From Torpedo marmorata (Eukaryota): DNA of 64,000 bases. Shown here in pieces: positions 37,193 to 50,288 of this stretch (its first letter is position 1; the number at the start of each line of letters is the position of its first letter). The stretch covers positions 60,636,001 through 60,700,000 of the forward strand of contig OZ360238.1 in assembly GCA_977017645.1 (NCBI GenBank). Reading direction: 5' to 3'. The position numbers and the translations under genes were made by a program. The notes beneath the pieces are model-generated. The model searched no databases, had not been told where the DNA came from, and worked only from the letters and a program-made list of their open reading frames with translations.

Positions 37193-37682
37193 CTGTTACT
37201 CCTGTTTGAAGTTACTCAGTCGAAAAGCTATCTCTGGTCAAGAAATGCTGAGGTTTGTAAGTTGAAGGGATGAGGTCCTTGCTAACATTGTAAGAAATGT
37301 TTCATTGGCAGGTACCACTGTAACCGGACTGATACGGGGCTGAGAGTAGTTGGAGTAGATCAGAGTAGGAGGGGGAAAGGCTACATTGACATATTTCCAC
37401 AACTCTCCACACAGCCTGTACATTCTTGCTCTAAAGATTCTTTACATGTAGTTGCACCACATTGACATCGGAATGCTGCGCTGTGCCACCCCACTGAAAT
37501 GTCTTTTGTTGCTCGCAGCAATATCTGCTGAGCTAGTGAACAGCATGAGTGTCCTGCCTCTAATGACACAAGTCCAAGTATGCAATGGCTTCTATCCAAA
37601 ACAATGGGCGAGGTGCCACCCCCTCAGTGACCTCTAGCATAGTTTCCCAAAATGCCTTGGACTTGCATACAGTCTGGATGCA

Positions 37683-37935
37683 TTTTATTTTTTTATTTAG
37701 AGATACAGCACGGCAACAGGCCCTTCCAGCCCACGAGACTGCACCGTCCAAATACACCCATGTGATCAATTAACCAAACCCCGTACGTTTGTGGAGGGTG
37801 GGAGGAAACCAGAGCCCACAAAGTAAATGCACACAGACACAGAGAAAAAGTACAAACTCCTTACAGACAGCGCCGGATTAGAACCCAAGACGCTGGTGCT
37901 GGAAAAGCATCGCGCTAACTGCTACGCTAACCGTT
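37683..37935 (-). mobile_element. tRNA-derived V-SINE (HE1-like)
   Basis: Reverse complement resembles 47062-47318 (A/B-box head, V domain, CR1-like tail). Confidence 0.8.
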
Positions 37936-39167
37936 GGAATGGGTCTTCATAGCGACAAATCCACCACCATCTGTAATACACAGATGTAACTTTCTAAGCT
38001 TGTTTTGATGGAAAATGACCAGTGAGGTATTCCAAGTTGATCTGCTTTCATTTTGCTTCTGGTGAAGATAATGAGTTTCAGTGCCTTCTTCCAGTTTTTC
38101 CCAAAATTAGGGAGCCTGGGTCACATTCTGAGTAGATACATGGGTTTTCTAAGTTTGAAATGCAGGGTTGACTGGATAGATGTGTGCCCAAAGGGCAGTT
38201 CTATTGAAATGGGCAGGGATGATTTGCAGAGAACTTTATAGAGATCACAAACCCTGGATGCAGTGAAGGATGAGCTTTGCCTTCTGGCTTTCCCTTCCTG
38301 AAGTCAACAATCACCTCCTTAGTTTTGGTGACATATGTGTAGGTTGAGTCAGTTTTTTTTGCAAGGCCAACAAGTGGTAATTCTGCCTCACCCACAGGAA
38401 AAAGAATCTCAGGGTTGTTTGTGATGTCATGTATGTACTTTGACAATAAAACTGAAATCTAAACATTTGTTCCCTCCACTAATGGTGTTTTAATGTGGAC
38501 CATCTTCAAAGTGCACTGCGTTTTTCATCTAGGTCAGCTCTATCATCCACGGGAAGAACAAGGACAGTGGGTTTGGGAAATGCTGACTTCACCACCTGCA
38601 GGTTCATTTCCAAGTTGCACACTATCCTGAATTAGAAATGTATCGCTGATCTTTTCTTATCTTTGGGTCTAAGTCCTAGAACATCCTACCCAACAGCACT
38701 GTGGGAGCACCTTCACCAGAAGGACTGCAGTGGTTCTAGAAGGTGACTATTGTCATAGTTGATGATTTTAATTTCGCTAATGTTGACTGGGACTGCCATA
38801 GTACTATCAGAAATAAGTAACAGAAACACCAGCCATCTGTTAAAGAAATATAATGAAGCCGTGAAGGAAAAAACGGTCCAACTCAATGAAGCCTTGCTAT
38901 GTCCAGTTTGAAGCCTCCAACACTCTGAATCAAGAGTAGCTCACTAATGTGGACACTGGGGAGAGAGTCAGAAGGCTTACTGGTACTTTTGGTGAAGTCC
39001 AAACATCATTCTAGATATGGAGCATTTTTTGGCACCTTGTATAATTTGTTAGTAACTTAATGAACCGAGGTATGTATACCAAGATGAAAATTTAGCAGGG
39101 CGAAGGCAATGGGAAGTTGGCAATATATCCACAACCAATTTTACTCCAGAAAAATTTTGAAACTCAC

Positions 39168-39285
39168 CGCTGCAAAGAAGTGGCCTCTCTGTGCCTGTTT
39201 AACCTTAAAGCGTTTCACTTTCTGATGTATTCTTTTATCTTTCATCAACTGTGCTTCTGTGGCCCATTCACAATGCAGATATGAA
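39168..39285 (-). CDS. CHD9: CHD9 exon (118 nt): [39 protein letters not shown] (chromodomain 1)
   Basis: ORF 39141-39332; AG / GTGAGT boundaries. Confidence 0.95.
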
Positions 39286-40469
39286 CTAGAAATGGTAATA
39301 TCAAAATTTAATATCATAAAAAATAATTTCACTTATTAGTTTAGTCATTGGTTCTGGTTTTACCACTCATCCATTAAACCAAAAGTTATTGACAAAGCAA
39401 TAATATATAAAGGTAAATACCAACATCTACAAAGGTGAATTACTCTATTTTTATAACCAGAGCACTTCACTTAAATAGAGTATTTGCATCTCATGTGATG
39501 TTCAGCACTTATTTATACCAAAAATAACTCAGGAGCAAATCAGACTATATTTCTCCAGGGTGTACTGAATAAACTTCATAAAGCAACACTCTGAATGTAG
39601 ATGTTGCTCCTTTGATAAAGCTATCAATGCCCTAGCCTTTTCACATGGACCAGCAAAATTCCTTTGGCAAAAACGTCAGGCAGCATGCATGGAGAGAAAT
39701 GGCCAGTCAATGTTTCAGGTTGGGACCCTTGGTCAAGACTGACCCACTGAGTCCCTTCAGCTCCTCATTGTTGGTTCCTGGATTCCAGCATCTGGTGTTC
39801 TTGTCAGATAGCGTGGAAACAGGCACTTCAGCCCAACTTGCCTACGCCGACCAAAATGTCCCACTCACACTCGTCCCACATTGTGTTTCTCTTTTCTTTC
39901 AGTAAGATTTCTTTGAAAAAGATTCCTTTTATTTCAGCAAAATTTTATTTAACTAATTCCCCTTTGAAAATTATTAATGAAACTTTCTACCACTCCTTCA
40001 CTGAGTGCATTTCAGATCATACCTGCTGCTGAACAATTTCTGAAACATTATTTTTCAATCTAATATTTTTATCTAATCTGTCTGTTGTGAAAAAAGTTAA
40101 GTGGTAAAGATTAAGAAATAAAGATTGTGAGATCAATATTAACCAAAACATGACTATTTATTATTTATAAAATATTGTTAAATTAGTAATTCAATTCCAG
40201 CAAATTCAGAGAGGTTGCAGCTGTGGTTTGGCAAGTAGCGAGAATCAAAAAGTTGAAAGTTCAAGTTCCTCTCCAGAGGCCTAAATACAAAATCCAAGAC
40301 TGAAACTCCAATGCAATGGTAACAGATTGCTCGACTGAATTTCAGATGAGACCTGAAACCAGGACTCCATCTGTTCTCCCAGCTGAATATGAAAGATTCA
40401 AAGTCACTACTTTCAAGAAGAGCAAACAAATTAATCCCCAGTATCCTGTGCAATATTTCCCTTTGCAGC

Positions 40470-41824
40470 AACATGTGATGAAGTGTTTTGAAAGGCTGGT
40501 GTTGAAAGGCTGGTATCAGCTCCTGCCTGAGCGGTGACATGGATCCATTCCAATTCGCCTATCGTAGCATCAGGTCTACGGCGGATGCCATCTCACTGGC
40601 TCTACACAAAGCCCTGGAACACCAGGACAGCAAAGACGCATAAATCAGAATGCACTTTATCGACTACAGTTCAGCATTCAACACCATCATCCCCTCAAAA
40701 TTGATCAGCAAGCTCCAAGACCTGGGACTCAACACCACACTGTGTAATTGGATCCTGGATTTACTCACTTCCAGACCACAATCAGTGAGGATTAGTAAGA
40801 ACATCTCCCCACAATCTCCATCAGTACCGGAGCACCTTAGGACTGCGTTCTTAGCCCCCTGCTCTACTCGGTATACACCACTGACTGTGGGGCTTGGTAT
40901 GACAACAACACCATCTACAAATTCACTAATGATACCACAGTAGCAGGTTGTATAAAAAGAGGCAATGAGTCAGCATAAAGGAGGGAGACTGAAAACTTGG
41001 CTGAATGGTGTACTAACAAGAACCTCACACTTAATGACAGCAAAACTAAGGAGCTAATTGTGGACTTTAGGTAGGAAAATCCAAAGGTGCACGATCCAGT
41101 GATCATTGGGGGATCAGAGGTGGAGAGGGTGAGCAAATTTAAATTCATGGGAGTCACTATCTCATCATGAAGAAAGCACATCAGCACCTCTACTTCCTCA
41201 TGAGTTTGTGGAAGATGGGAATGACATTGGAAACCTTGGCATATTTCTTTGGATGTGTAGTGGAAAGTGTGCTGACTTGGCTGCATCACAACCTGGTATG
41301 GGGGCACCAATATTTCCGAATGGAACGCCCTGCAAATTATAGTGGACACAGCTCAGTACATCACAGGCAAAATGCACCCCACTACAGAGAAAATCTACAC
41401 GGAACATTGACGTCAGAGAGCAGCAGCAATCAAGGATACACACCACCCAGAGCATGCTCTGTTCTCGCTGCTGCCATCAAGAAATAGGTATAGGTGCCAC
41501 AAGACACGTATCATCAGGTTCAAGAACAGTTGCTACCCCTCCACCATCAGACTCCTAAACAACAAACCCAGAGACTCATTTGCAGACTCTTACTTTGCAC
41601 ATTATTTATTACGACTGGATATTTATTTTTATCTGTATTGCACAGTTAAATTGTTTACATTTCTTTTTTGTTTACATTTCTCTCTTTTGTATACCCATCT
41701 TTTCTTGAGTACAGTTTTTTTAGTGACCAATAAGTAGAAATTCTGCCTGGCCTGCAGGAAAAAGAATCTCAGGGTTGTATGTGATGTCATGTATGTACTC
41801 TGACAATAAATCTGAACTTTGAAC
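40470..41824 (+). mobile_element. Rex-Babar LINE RT and 3' end, degenerate
   Basis: VMKCFERLV; [16 protein letters not shown]; KKAHQHLYFL; AATAAATCTGAACTTTGAAC tail. Confidence 0.85.
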
Positions 41825-42456
41825 ATCACAAAACAAATTATCTGAGCATTTTCACTTTGCTGTTCACCACAGCTTGCTCTGTACAAGTTTGCTGCCATTT
41901 GCCAGCACCTTGACTGCACTTTAAAAAACTCTTCACTGAAGATCCTCAGGATCATCCTTGTGTTGAAAGTGATGTGCAAGTAACTGTACAAATGCAAGTA
42001 TTTTTCTTTTATCATCTGGTACTTAGCACACTTCTTGGACCCAATATTCTTATCTGGACCATTTTGTCATCTTTGAGTATAACTGAAGCAAATCTGAAGT
42101 TGACTATCTCAATATCTTCACCTTAACAATAATTACCATCAAACTCACTGATGTGACCACAAAATGCAATTATATTTTCCATCATCAAATTACAATCAGT
42201 GCCAGACTTTATATTCCGACTGTTACACTTTGTTAATTACCTATATTGTCTTTTTCCAATTAAAATAATGGGTTAGAAGCTCAGTCACATACCTCCTCCA
42301 TTTCCATTCAACAGCTCGACATAATGCAAAAACATCTCAAAGTACCTGAGAATACAATTTGTTCTCCCAAAGGAAACCATAGTACCTGTAGGCATTTTAT
42401 TTCCGGAATAAAGCCATCTACCTCTTCATTATCCAATTTCTTTTTCCACAAATGTA

Positions 42457-44200
42457 TTAATTAATAAAAAGTTACCTATTAAGATACAATCGGTAGTTAT
42501 AGATGTGGCAGGAAGATATGTTTTGATACATTGTCAGATTTATTCAGAATTTTGGACACTCATGAATTTATATGTGTCAAATCCAGATGATGAACAATTC
42601 ATTCAAGATGCTTTTTTACATTTGTCAGAAGCTAACGAGAATATTTTAGTTGGGGGAGATTTTAATTGTTGTTTAGATTCAATAATGGATAAGACTTCAA
42701 GATCACCAGTTAAAGTTAAAATTGTTAAAAGAGTTCTTAATTTGATGAAAGATTTAAACTTAATAGATATTTGGAGGAAATTGAACCCTAGGGAGAAAGA
42801 TTATTCATTTTATTCTTTTAGACATGATTCATATTCCAGGATAGATTTATTTTTATTGTCCTCTCAAGTTCAAGATAGAATAACGCAAGCATCCTATAAA
42901 GCGAGAGTAATTTCTGATCATTCACCTTTATTAATATCTTGTATAATTCCGGAAAAAGAAAAAACTGTATATAATTGGAGATTTGACTTATCCTTGTTAA
43001 AAAGAAAAGATTTTTGTGAATATATGAGAAGGGAAATTCAGGAATTTTTTTGCGAATAAATGTTAATTCTATTGATGATAAATTTATTGTTTGGGAAGCT
43101 TTAAAAGCCTATTTATGGGGTCATATAATAAGTTATTCAGTTAAAATTAAGAAAGATTATCTTAAGGAAGCAGAAAAACTTGAGAAGGTGATTGAATGTT
43201 TGGAAAAAGATTTACAAAAAAACAGATCAATTCGAAAAAGAAATTGTTTAATAGGGAAGAAACTACATTATAATTTATTACAAACATATAAAATGGAAAA
43301 ATTAATTGAAAAAACTAAACAAAGATATTATGAATTAGGGGAAAGAGCTCATAAAGTTTTGGCATGGCAATTTAAAAAAGATCAAGTTTCTAGAACTATA
43401 AGTGCTATAAGGAAGAAAAATTCTGGAGAAATAACTTATAAACCTCAAGAAATAAATGAATCTTTTAAAGATTACTATCTGAATTTATATAAATCTCAGA
43501 TTGATCAAGATGATTCTAAAATTACTAGATTCCTATCCAAAATTACATTACCTAAACTGAATATTCAGAGTAGAGATTCTTTAGACTTACCTTTTACAAT
43601 GAGGGAAGTTAGTGAAGTTCTTTCTTCATTAAAGAGTGGTAAGTCTCCGGGTGAAGATGGGTTTCCATCAAAATTTTATAAAGAGTTTAAAGATTTATTA
43701 ATACCTCCATATATGGAAGTACTGCATCAAATTACGGAAACTCATTCACTACCGAAAACTTTTTTAAATGCAATAATTACAGTTATACCAAAGAAGGATA
43801 GGGATGTATTAAAAACTGAATCTTATAGGCCTATTTCATTATTAAATGTAGATTATAAAATAATGGCAAAAATTTTAGCAAATAGAATGGCTAATTATTT
43901 GCCAGATTTGATTCATGTAGATCAAGCTGGTTTCATTAAAAATAGATATTCAAAAGACAATATAGCTAGATTGATTAGTTTAATTAATTTGCATAAAAAG
44001 AAACAAGATTTACCATTAGTTTTAACATTAGAAGCTGAAAAGGCTTTTGATAGATTAGAATGGAATTTTTTATTTAAGGTGTTGGAGAAATTTGGCTTTG
44101 GAAATACATTTATTAATTGGATTTAAACTATATATAAAGAACCATCTGCTAAAGTAGTTACAAATGGACAAATTTCCTCAAATTTCCTTTGACTCGATCA
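42457..44200 (+). mobile_element. L1 ORF2 internal fragment (APE plus N-terminal half of RT)
   Basis: GGDFNC, YSRIDLFL, SDHSP; GKSPGEDG, SYRPISLLNVDYKI, AEKAFDRLEW; one frameshift near 43050. Confidence 0.9.
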
Positions 44201-44275
44201 AGCTGAATGTTGAACATGCACTGAATTTAACCCTCTGGAAGATCACAACATCAAAAAAAAAATACATTTACTTAC

Positions 44276-44331
44276 TAGTTTTTGTACTTAACAAAAAATT
44301 CTTCAACATCAGCCATACGTCCATTGCCAAC
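44276..44331 (-). CDS. CHD9: CHD9 exon (56 nt): VGNGRMADVEEFFVKYKN
   Basis: Manual translation; AG / GTAAGT boundaries; phase 2 joins the next exon. Confidence 0.92.
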
Positions 44332-44870
44332 CTAAACAAAGAAAACGTTCATTAATAACTAAATGCAGGTGATCTCTGCATTGCCGCCATTCACCTTGTG
44401 GAAATTTGCCTACATAGCTAAATATTAGGGATACAGAATATCATTCACTCTCACAGAATTTGTGTAGAAATAAAGTAAATGAATTAATGCAGATTTTCTT
44501 TAAACCCACACATCGACACATGAGCAGACATCGCAACTTCACATTAAGGAAAATCACAATATGAAGTTTTCTAGGAACGCAACCCACCCCTTACCCCCGT
44601 AATGTGAGTGTGGTCTGCATGAGGCACTTCAGGAAAAATATACCTCAGTGACAGGAAACTAGAAGCTCAATTTCACCCTTGAGAGCTGAACAAAGGTGTT
44701 CTGTGAAGCAGTCGCCCAATGGTTCACCAATGCAGATGAGACTGCATGGAGAACACCAAATACAATGTACTAAATTGAAAGAACAACAATTGAATCGCAG
44801 TTCCATCTTGAAGAATTTATGAGAAAACTGTAAGGATTGGAAAATCTTTGGCAATGACTGGATAAGTTAA

Positions 44871-45038
44871 AAAACACAAATGCTGGAGAAACTCAGCGGT
44901 CAAACAGTGTCTTTTATGTAGCAAAGGTAGAAATACATAACCGACGTTTCGGGCTTGAGCCCTTCATCAAAGTATGAGAAAATGCCGGCAGGCGTCCGAA
45001 CAAAAGAGTGAGGGGGGAAGGGGGGTGGCAAAGGCAAA
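44871..45038 (-). mobile_element. Penelope-like tail fragment with 11-bp TSD
   Basis: TSD GGATAAGTTAA at 44860-44870 and 45039-45049; near-identical to 16315-16482. Confidence 0.85.
44936..44976 (-). ncRNA. Minimal hammerhead-ribozyme-like motif with intact stem II
   Basis: CATACT-TTGATGA-A-GGGC-TCAA-GCCC-GAAAC-GTC-GGTTATG. Confidence 0.55.
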
Positions 45039-46020
45039 GGATAAGTTAAGGTGTTTTCCTTGAAACAGAGGGGACACCTAAATGATGTATAAAATTATGA
45101 GGTTCTAGATAGAGCAATATCAAGAGCCCTTACCTCTTAACAGATAAATCGTAAAACAGGTCCACAGTTTTAAAGGAATTAGTGAGGACTTTACAAAACT
45201 ATTGTTCACTATTACCTAATTGCCTGAAGGGATTATTAAGGCAGAAACCTTCTTCACATTAGAAATTTACTTCCATTTTGCATCTGGTATGTATGTTATA
45301 CAAGGCCTGATTCTAACCAATGGGTCAGAGACCCAGTTGAGACTGGTGTCAAGCAAACTGTTGTTACTTGAACACCTTTCTCAATGTAATATTGCACTTT
45401 GGCTTCTACAAGATTTCTGCTGGAGTGAAGCTAATCCACAGAACAAATGGAGTACTATTTCACCTATGTGACCTCCACTTGATAACGAAGACCAATTAGA
45501 TGCAGATGTGTGCATGGGCATTGGAGGCTGAACGTCGTCATTGTTAACTCCTTCACTGAAAAGTACAAAGTTAGACTTTACACTAAACATTTGCAAAACA
45601 AAGAACCTCTCAAAATCTAATCTGATGTACAATGTCACTCCTGCCCCAAACAATAAAGGACCAGGATGAGGCCCCAGAAAAGATTAACCCCTTTTTTATA
45701 TCCCAAGAGGCACTTTGCAAAGGAAAATATCAATGATGAAATTCAGCAACTCCTCCAGAGTACCACCATAGTGGTTGCCCGAGGAACAGTGTTTCAAAAT
45801 TAACAACTCAAACCCAGCAGTTTCCCTGCCCTATGTTTAGTGTTGTTTGTCAGCCAAAACAATGACACAAAACCCTTTCAAAATCAATTTATGTTCCCTT
45901 GCCTGTAATAACAAGTAGATTCAAAGAGGATTTAAGATTAGCCAATCTAGAACAGATTTAAAGGTATCTTTGATCAACTCCTCCTGCTACCTCTATGTCT
46001 CCATTAAAACAATACATCCG

Positions 46021-46828
46021 AAAATCATTGGAAAGAATTATGTAAATTATGTATGACGAAGATTATTAATGTTAGATATAGATTAGTACAATACAATTTT
46101 TTTCATCAATTATATTTAACACCTAAAAAATTAAAGAAATTTAATCCGACACTATCAGGTTTATGTTTTAGATGTAATAAAGAGGAAGGGTCTTTTGTAC
46201 ACTCTACATGGTTTTGTCCAAAAGTTTATGATTTTTGGTTGAAAGTTAAAAATTTCTTAGATAAAGTATTTAAGATTACATTTCCAATGGATCCTATGAT
46301 ATTTTTGTTTGGAGATATTAGAAAATTTAGTATTAAAATGAAATTAAATATGTATCAAATAGAATTTTTGCGAATTGCTTCAGCTGTTTCAAAGAAATGC
46401 ATTGCTATTACTTGGAAATCTGATTTAGATTTAGGATTAGAAAGATGGCATGCAGAACTTCGTTCGTGTATACCACTTGAAAAAATTACTTATAATTTAC
46501 GTAATAAATATCATTTCTTCTTAAAAATTTGGAGCCCATATATGAAAGCTGTTGGTTTAAGGATTTGAAGATCTCTGGATATCGGATCTACTGGCATACT
46601 TGACCTCCATAATAGAATTAGTTTATAGATTGGCATTCCCCTTACTCTATCTTTTTCTTTTTTTTTCTTCTTCTTTTTCTATTTTTTTTTATTAGATTAG
46701 TGGGGTTGGGAGGTTTGGGGAGGGAGGGAGGGGGGGTGAAAATGTATCACAAATAATTTGATAATTTTATATTTTATTTTATGTATTTTGTGATTTAAAA
46801 ATTTTAAATAAAATATTTTTAAAAAAAA
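46021..46828 (+). mobile_element. 5'-truncated L1 with 15-bp TSD
   Basis: TSD AAAACAATACATCCG at 46006-46020 and 46825-46839, preceded by TT (TT/AAAA site); open ORF2 C-terminus 46053-46568. Confidence 0.93.
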
Positions 46829-47061
46829 CAATACATCCGGAGCACCAGCAGTGAATCAACACCGAATTTCATGACTTGTTCATGACAATAAATTCTGATT
46901 CTGATTTCCAGTCACTTCTTTGTATAACAAAGATGATGATCCTTCATATACTACTTCTGCATTCTCCGAATCAGTTAAGCACTTTTTTGGTTTCCTTTAT
47001 TATAGCAAAGAGCAATGCAAATATTTAAAGTAAAATTTTAGAAATAAATTAATATTAATTT

Positions 47062-47318
47062 GGGGCAGCACAGTTAGTGTAGCATTTAACGCAACGCTAT
47101 TACAGCACCAGCAACTCGGGTTTGAATCCGGCGCTGTCTGTAAGGAGTTTGTACATTCTTCCCGTGTTTGCATGGGTTTCCTCCCACCCTTCAAAACATA
47201 CGGGGGGGGGGGGGGGGGGGGGGGGGGTTGGAGGTAAAATGGGTATATTTGGGCGGCACGGGCTCGTGGGCCGGAAGGGCCTGTAACCATGCTTTATGTA
47301 TAAATTTAAATTTAAAAA
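47062..47318 (+). mobile_element. tRNA-derived V-SINE (HE1-like) containing a G26 run
   Basis: Head with GGTTTGAATCC B-box-like motif; GGAGTTTGTACATTCTTCCCGTG V domain; tail CTCGTGGGCCGGAAGGGCCTGT. Confidence 0.85.
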
Positions 47319-47898
47319 TCTGAAGGCTGATAAAGTTCAAATCATTGCAAGTAATCTACATTAACTCCTAGTGTTCAATTTAACATTTAAAATTGGGTTC
47401 AAGTTTTTTTGCATGTAAGGAATACTGCAAGCGATAAACAAATTCTGTAAATATTTTATAAACTATTACATTTAAACATTTCCAACGTTAAAGTCATTTA
47501 AAATAAATTATTTATCAGTACCCTCGTGTAGCCAACTATGATTCTGTGCGGATGGCTAACAGAACAAGAATTAATGGTTCTATTCCAGAAGGATGTAATT
47601 TCCTCTGCAGAGATGAGACAGCAGATTTCAAATCTTGCAGAAACTCATTTGTTTGCAATACAACACTTTGCACTTCAGCTATCCAGACTCTGGATTTTCA
47701 GATGTAATAAGGTTCAATGCACTCAGATTTAGGATTGGGATCATTTCAACAATAAATTTTAATGAGGTGATCCTCATCAGCACAGAGTTAAAGCTCTCAA
47801 AACTGATTTGCAATTAACAAATTAAGTTACAATTTTCATAGCAAGTGAACTAAAAGTAGTTTAAAATTAGCCCTTTTTAATGTCGAAAAGATTCTCAC

Positions 47899-47967
47899 CT
47901 CCTTTTTCACCAGTCTTGAGGCCATAATTTTATCTACAATTGCAGCATCTTCTTCACTTGGGTTTTC
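47899..47967 (-). CDS. CHD9: CHD9 exon (69 nt): ENPSEEDAAIVDKIMASRLVKKE
   Basis: Manual translation; AG / GTGAG boundaries. Confidence 0.95.
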
Positions 47968-48719
47968 CTAAGGAAGAGACATCATTCTTAAGCAATATCT
48001 AACAGACAAGGAATTCTACTATATATTCCATCAGCAAACAATGAGAGGCTGGAGAGACTCAGCAGGTCAGGCAGCTTCCATGGACAACAAAGGACAGTCA
48101 ACGTCTTGGGTTGGGTGCCTTTTACCCCAAATATTCCATCATGCTCTCATGTATGAAATGTCCAGTACCCAAATATACAACCTTAAATTTTAAGGAAAAT
48201 AGGCCATCTGAGATGACCAGCAATAAATTTAAAATTTCTTACATTTCTTGATTTCATCGTTCCTTGACCAGGCTGATTTACATCAACCTAAATTTTATTA
48301 GAATACCAAAACTGCTGGCAGTCACCATCATTACTTTGTCAATATCACAGTAAATTTGAGATGTTCAACAGACATGGGAACTGCAGAAATCCTTCTGTTC
48401 ATGATCCAAAGTGCTTCCAGTGTCTTCTTATGCAATGGAAGCATGGAAAATTCTTGAACTGATGCGAATTTAAACAACTTGTCAACTAATACAGCTATAA
48501 AATGACCTAAGACAAGCTCTAAGTATGTTTTGATGATATTATTACTGCTTAGCAAATAACGTGACTTTAAAATTATTTACTGTTGCCTCCTTAATGAACG
48601 TTTCAAAACACAGGTTTGTATCAAGTCAATATGTGGTAATCTTGCTTATTCCTTAATCGTGTGCATTAGTGTTCACCTTTATTTTACAATCTATAATATT
48701 TGAAAAGTTAATTAAGATA

Positions 48720-48790
48720 GCTTCCTGGTTTCCTGTTGACGAGAAAGTTTAAATGTGATTGGCTGCTCAGCCAGCCTGATGACATCAAAA
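48720..48790 (-). promoter_or_regulatory. Candidate intronic promoter/enhancer motif cluster
   Basis: Minus strand: TGATGTCA (CRE/ATF-like), AGCCAATCA (NF-Y), TTTAAA, then two CAGGAA ETS cores within 70 bp. Confidence 0.3.
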
Positions 48791-49307
48791 CTATGGGGTG
48801 CCAAAGATCCTTGTGAACTCTTGCCACAGAGGTTACCTGTTCTTCCATATTCTGAATACCACACTGATATTTTGAATTTATTAAAATTGTAATTACTATT
48901 ACATGTAGTCACTTATATTCAAATGAAAATACAGAATGGAGAAATAAAAATATCACTTCAATATATGTTTCTTGCTAGAGAAATTAAAGAAAATTACTGA
49001 CACGATTAATGTCATAGTTCTAAGATAATGCAAGAATTTATGTTGCTGTTGAAAATACTTCATCAAACAGACAAAACCACTGGTGGAAGTTACATATTAC
49101 ATGTTGAAAAACCTTGTTTTTTCCAGATATTGCCAGCAATGTCCGGAACAGGTAAGGTCGTTGTCAACTTTTAACATCTAATCCATACTTAAATCATATT
49201 GTCTAAATATTTGTAAAATTTGGTTACTTTTAACCAACTTATTTACATGACCGCCACATCACTTCAGTCATTAGATTATGTTACAAATAATTAAAATGGT
49301 CTCTCAC

Positions 49308-49457
49308 CACAAATAACTGCACAGGTTGCTCAACAGGTAGAACCACACCAGCCCTTGTTTTCCCTTTGGCAGCAAGGCCATCATCATCGTCAGAAACCTT
49401 CATCCCAGTATCTTCGTTATATTTCTTTCTTTTTACTTGTCTGTTTGATCGTCTTTT
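49308..49457 (-). CDS. CHD9: CHD9 exon (150 nt): KRRSNRQVKRKKYNED...EQPVQLFV
   Basis: Manual translation; AG / GTGAG boundaries. Confidence 0.93.
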
Positions 49458-50288
49458 CTGTAAAATTAATTACAAACTTAAAATCAATATTAGTTTTCCA
49501 TCAGGCAATTAATAGCCATATTGTTAATCTGAAATGAATAATGTGATTTAGCATTTTAATACAGTACTGTTATGTTTTGTGATTGAGAAAATCCTAAAAG
49601 AAAAATCTCGTACTTGTGCTGGCCTATTTCAAAGCCAAAGTTATTTGTCTTCAAGAATGAATTCAGTTGGCAACAAGATCCTGACTGGAAAGAGTTAATA
49701 TTCATGGTTGCCTGGGAAACACATTAGCCAGGACACTGTTTGGAAGTTTCATAATTAGGTCACACCACTTCTTGCTGCTCGAGAAAAACTAAGAACTAAC
49801 TTCTGTGTTTTCATCAAGAAAAAATACACAATCAGAACATATTTGCACAGTTTATTGATTTTGCTGCATTTTTCTCTCACTTACTTTATGCTCAACCTTC
49901 TTTCTGGCTCTTAATTTCATTCACCTTCTCCTTTACATTTATGTCCTCTCTTCTGTCCCCCTCCTTCATTACACTTCCTCTCTTTTCTTAGCAATTATTT
50001 CCACCCTTTAACTTTCCATCCATCTATTGGCCCTTTCACATTATTCCAACTCCTCTCCTGAATCCCTCATGATCTTGCTCACTCTCCCCATTCACTCACA
50101 TTGCCGACTTCTTCCAATTACTCTTACACACTCTATATCTCCTTCAAGCCATATTCCCTCTGGCCATCACACTTTCTGATCTTTCCTGTGCCCACTATGT
50201 GGTTCACCCCTTCTCTGTGCCTGTTGTTCATTATGTTAGGCATTTTCTGGAATAGTTTTGCTCCCCAAATCTGTTTTTTAAATCTTAC

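Noticed and set aside
36386-37209. 227-aa and overlapping ORFs in the GC-rich repeat
   Set aside because: Open in many frames owing to GC content, not preserved as one frame in the 10853-11644 copy, and no recognisable domain
47062-47135. tRNA gene
   Set aside because: The tRNA-like head continues into the V domain and LINE-like tail, so it is a SINE
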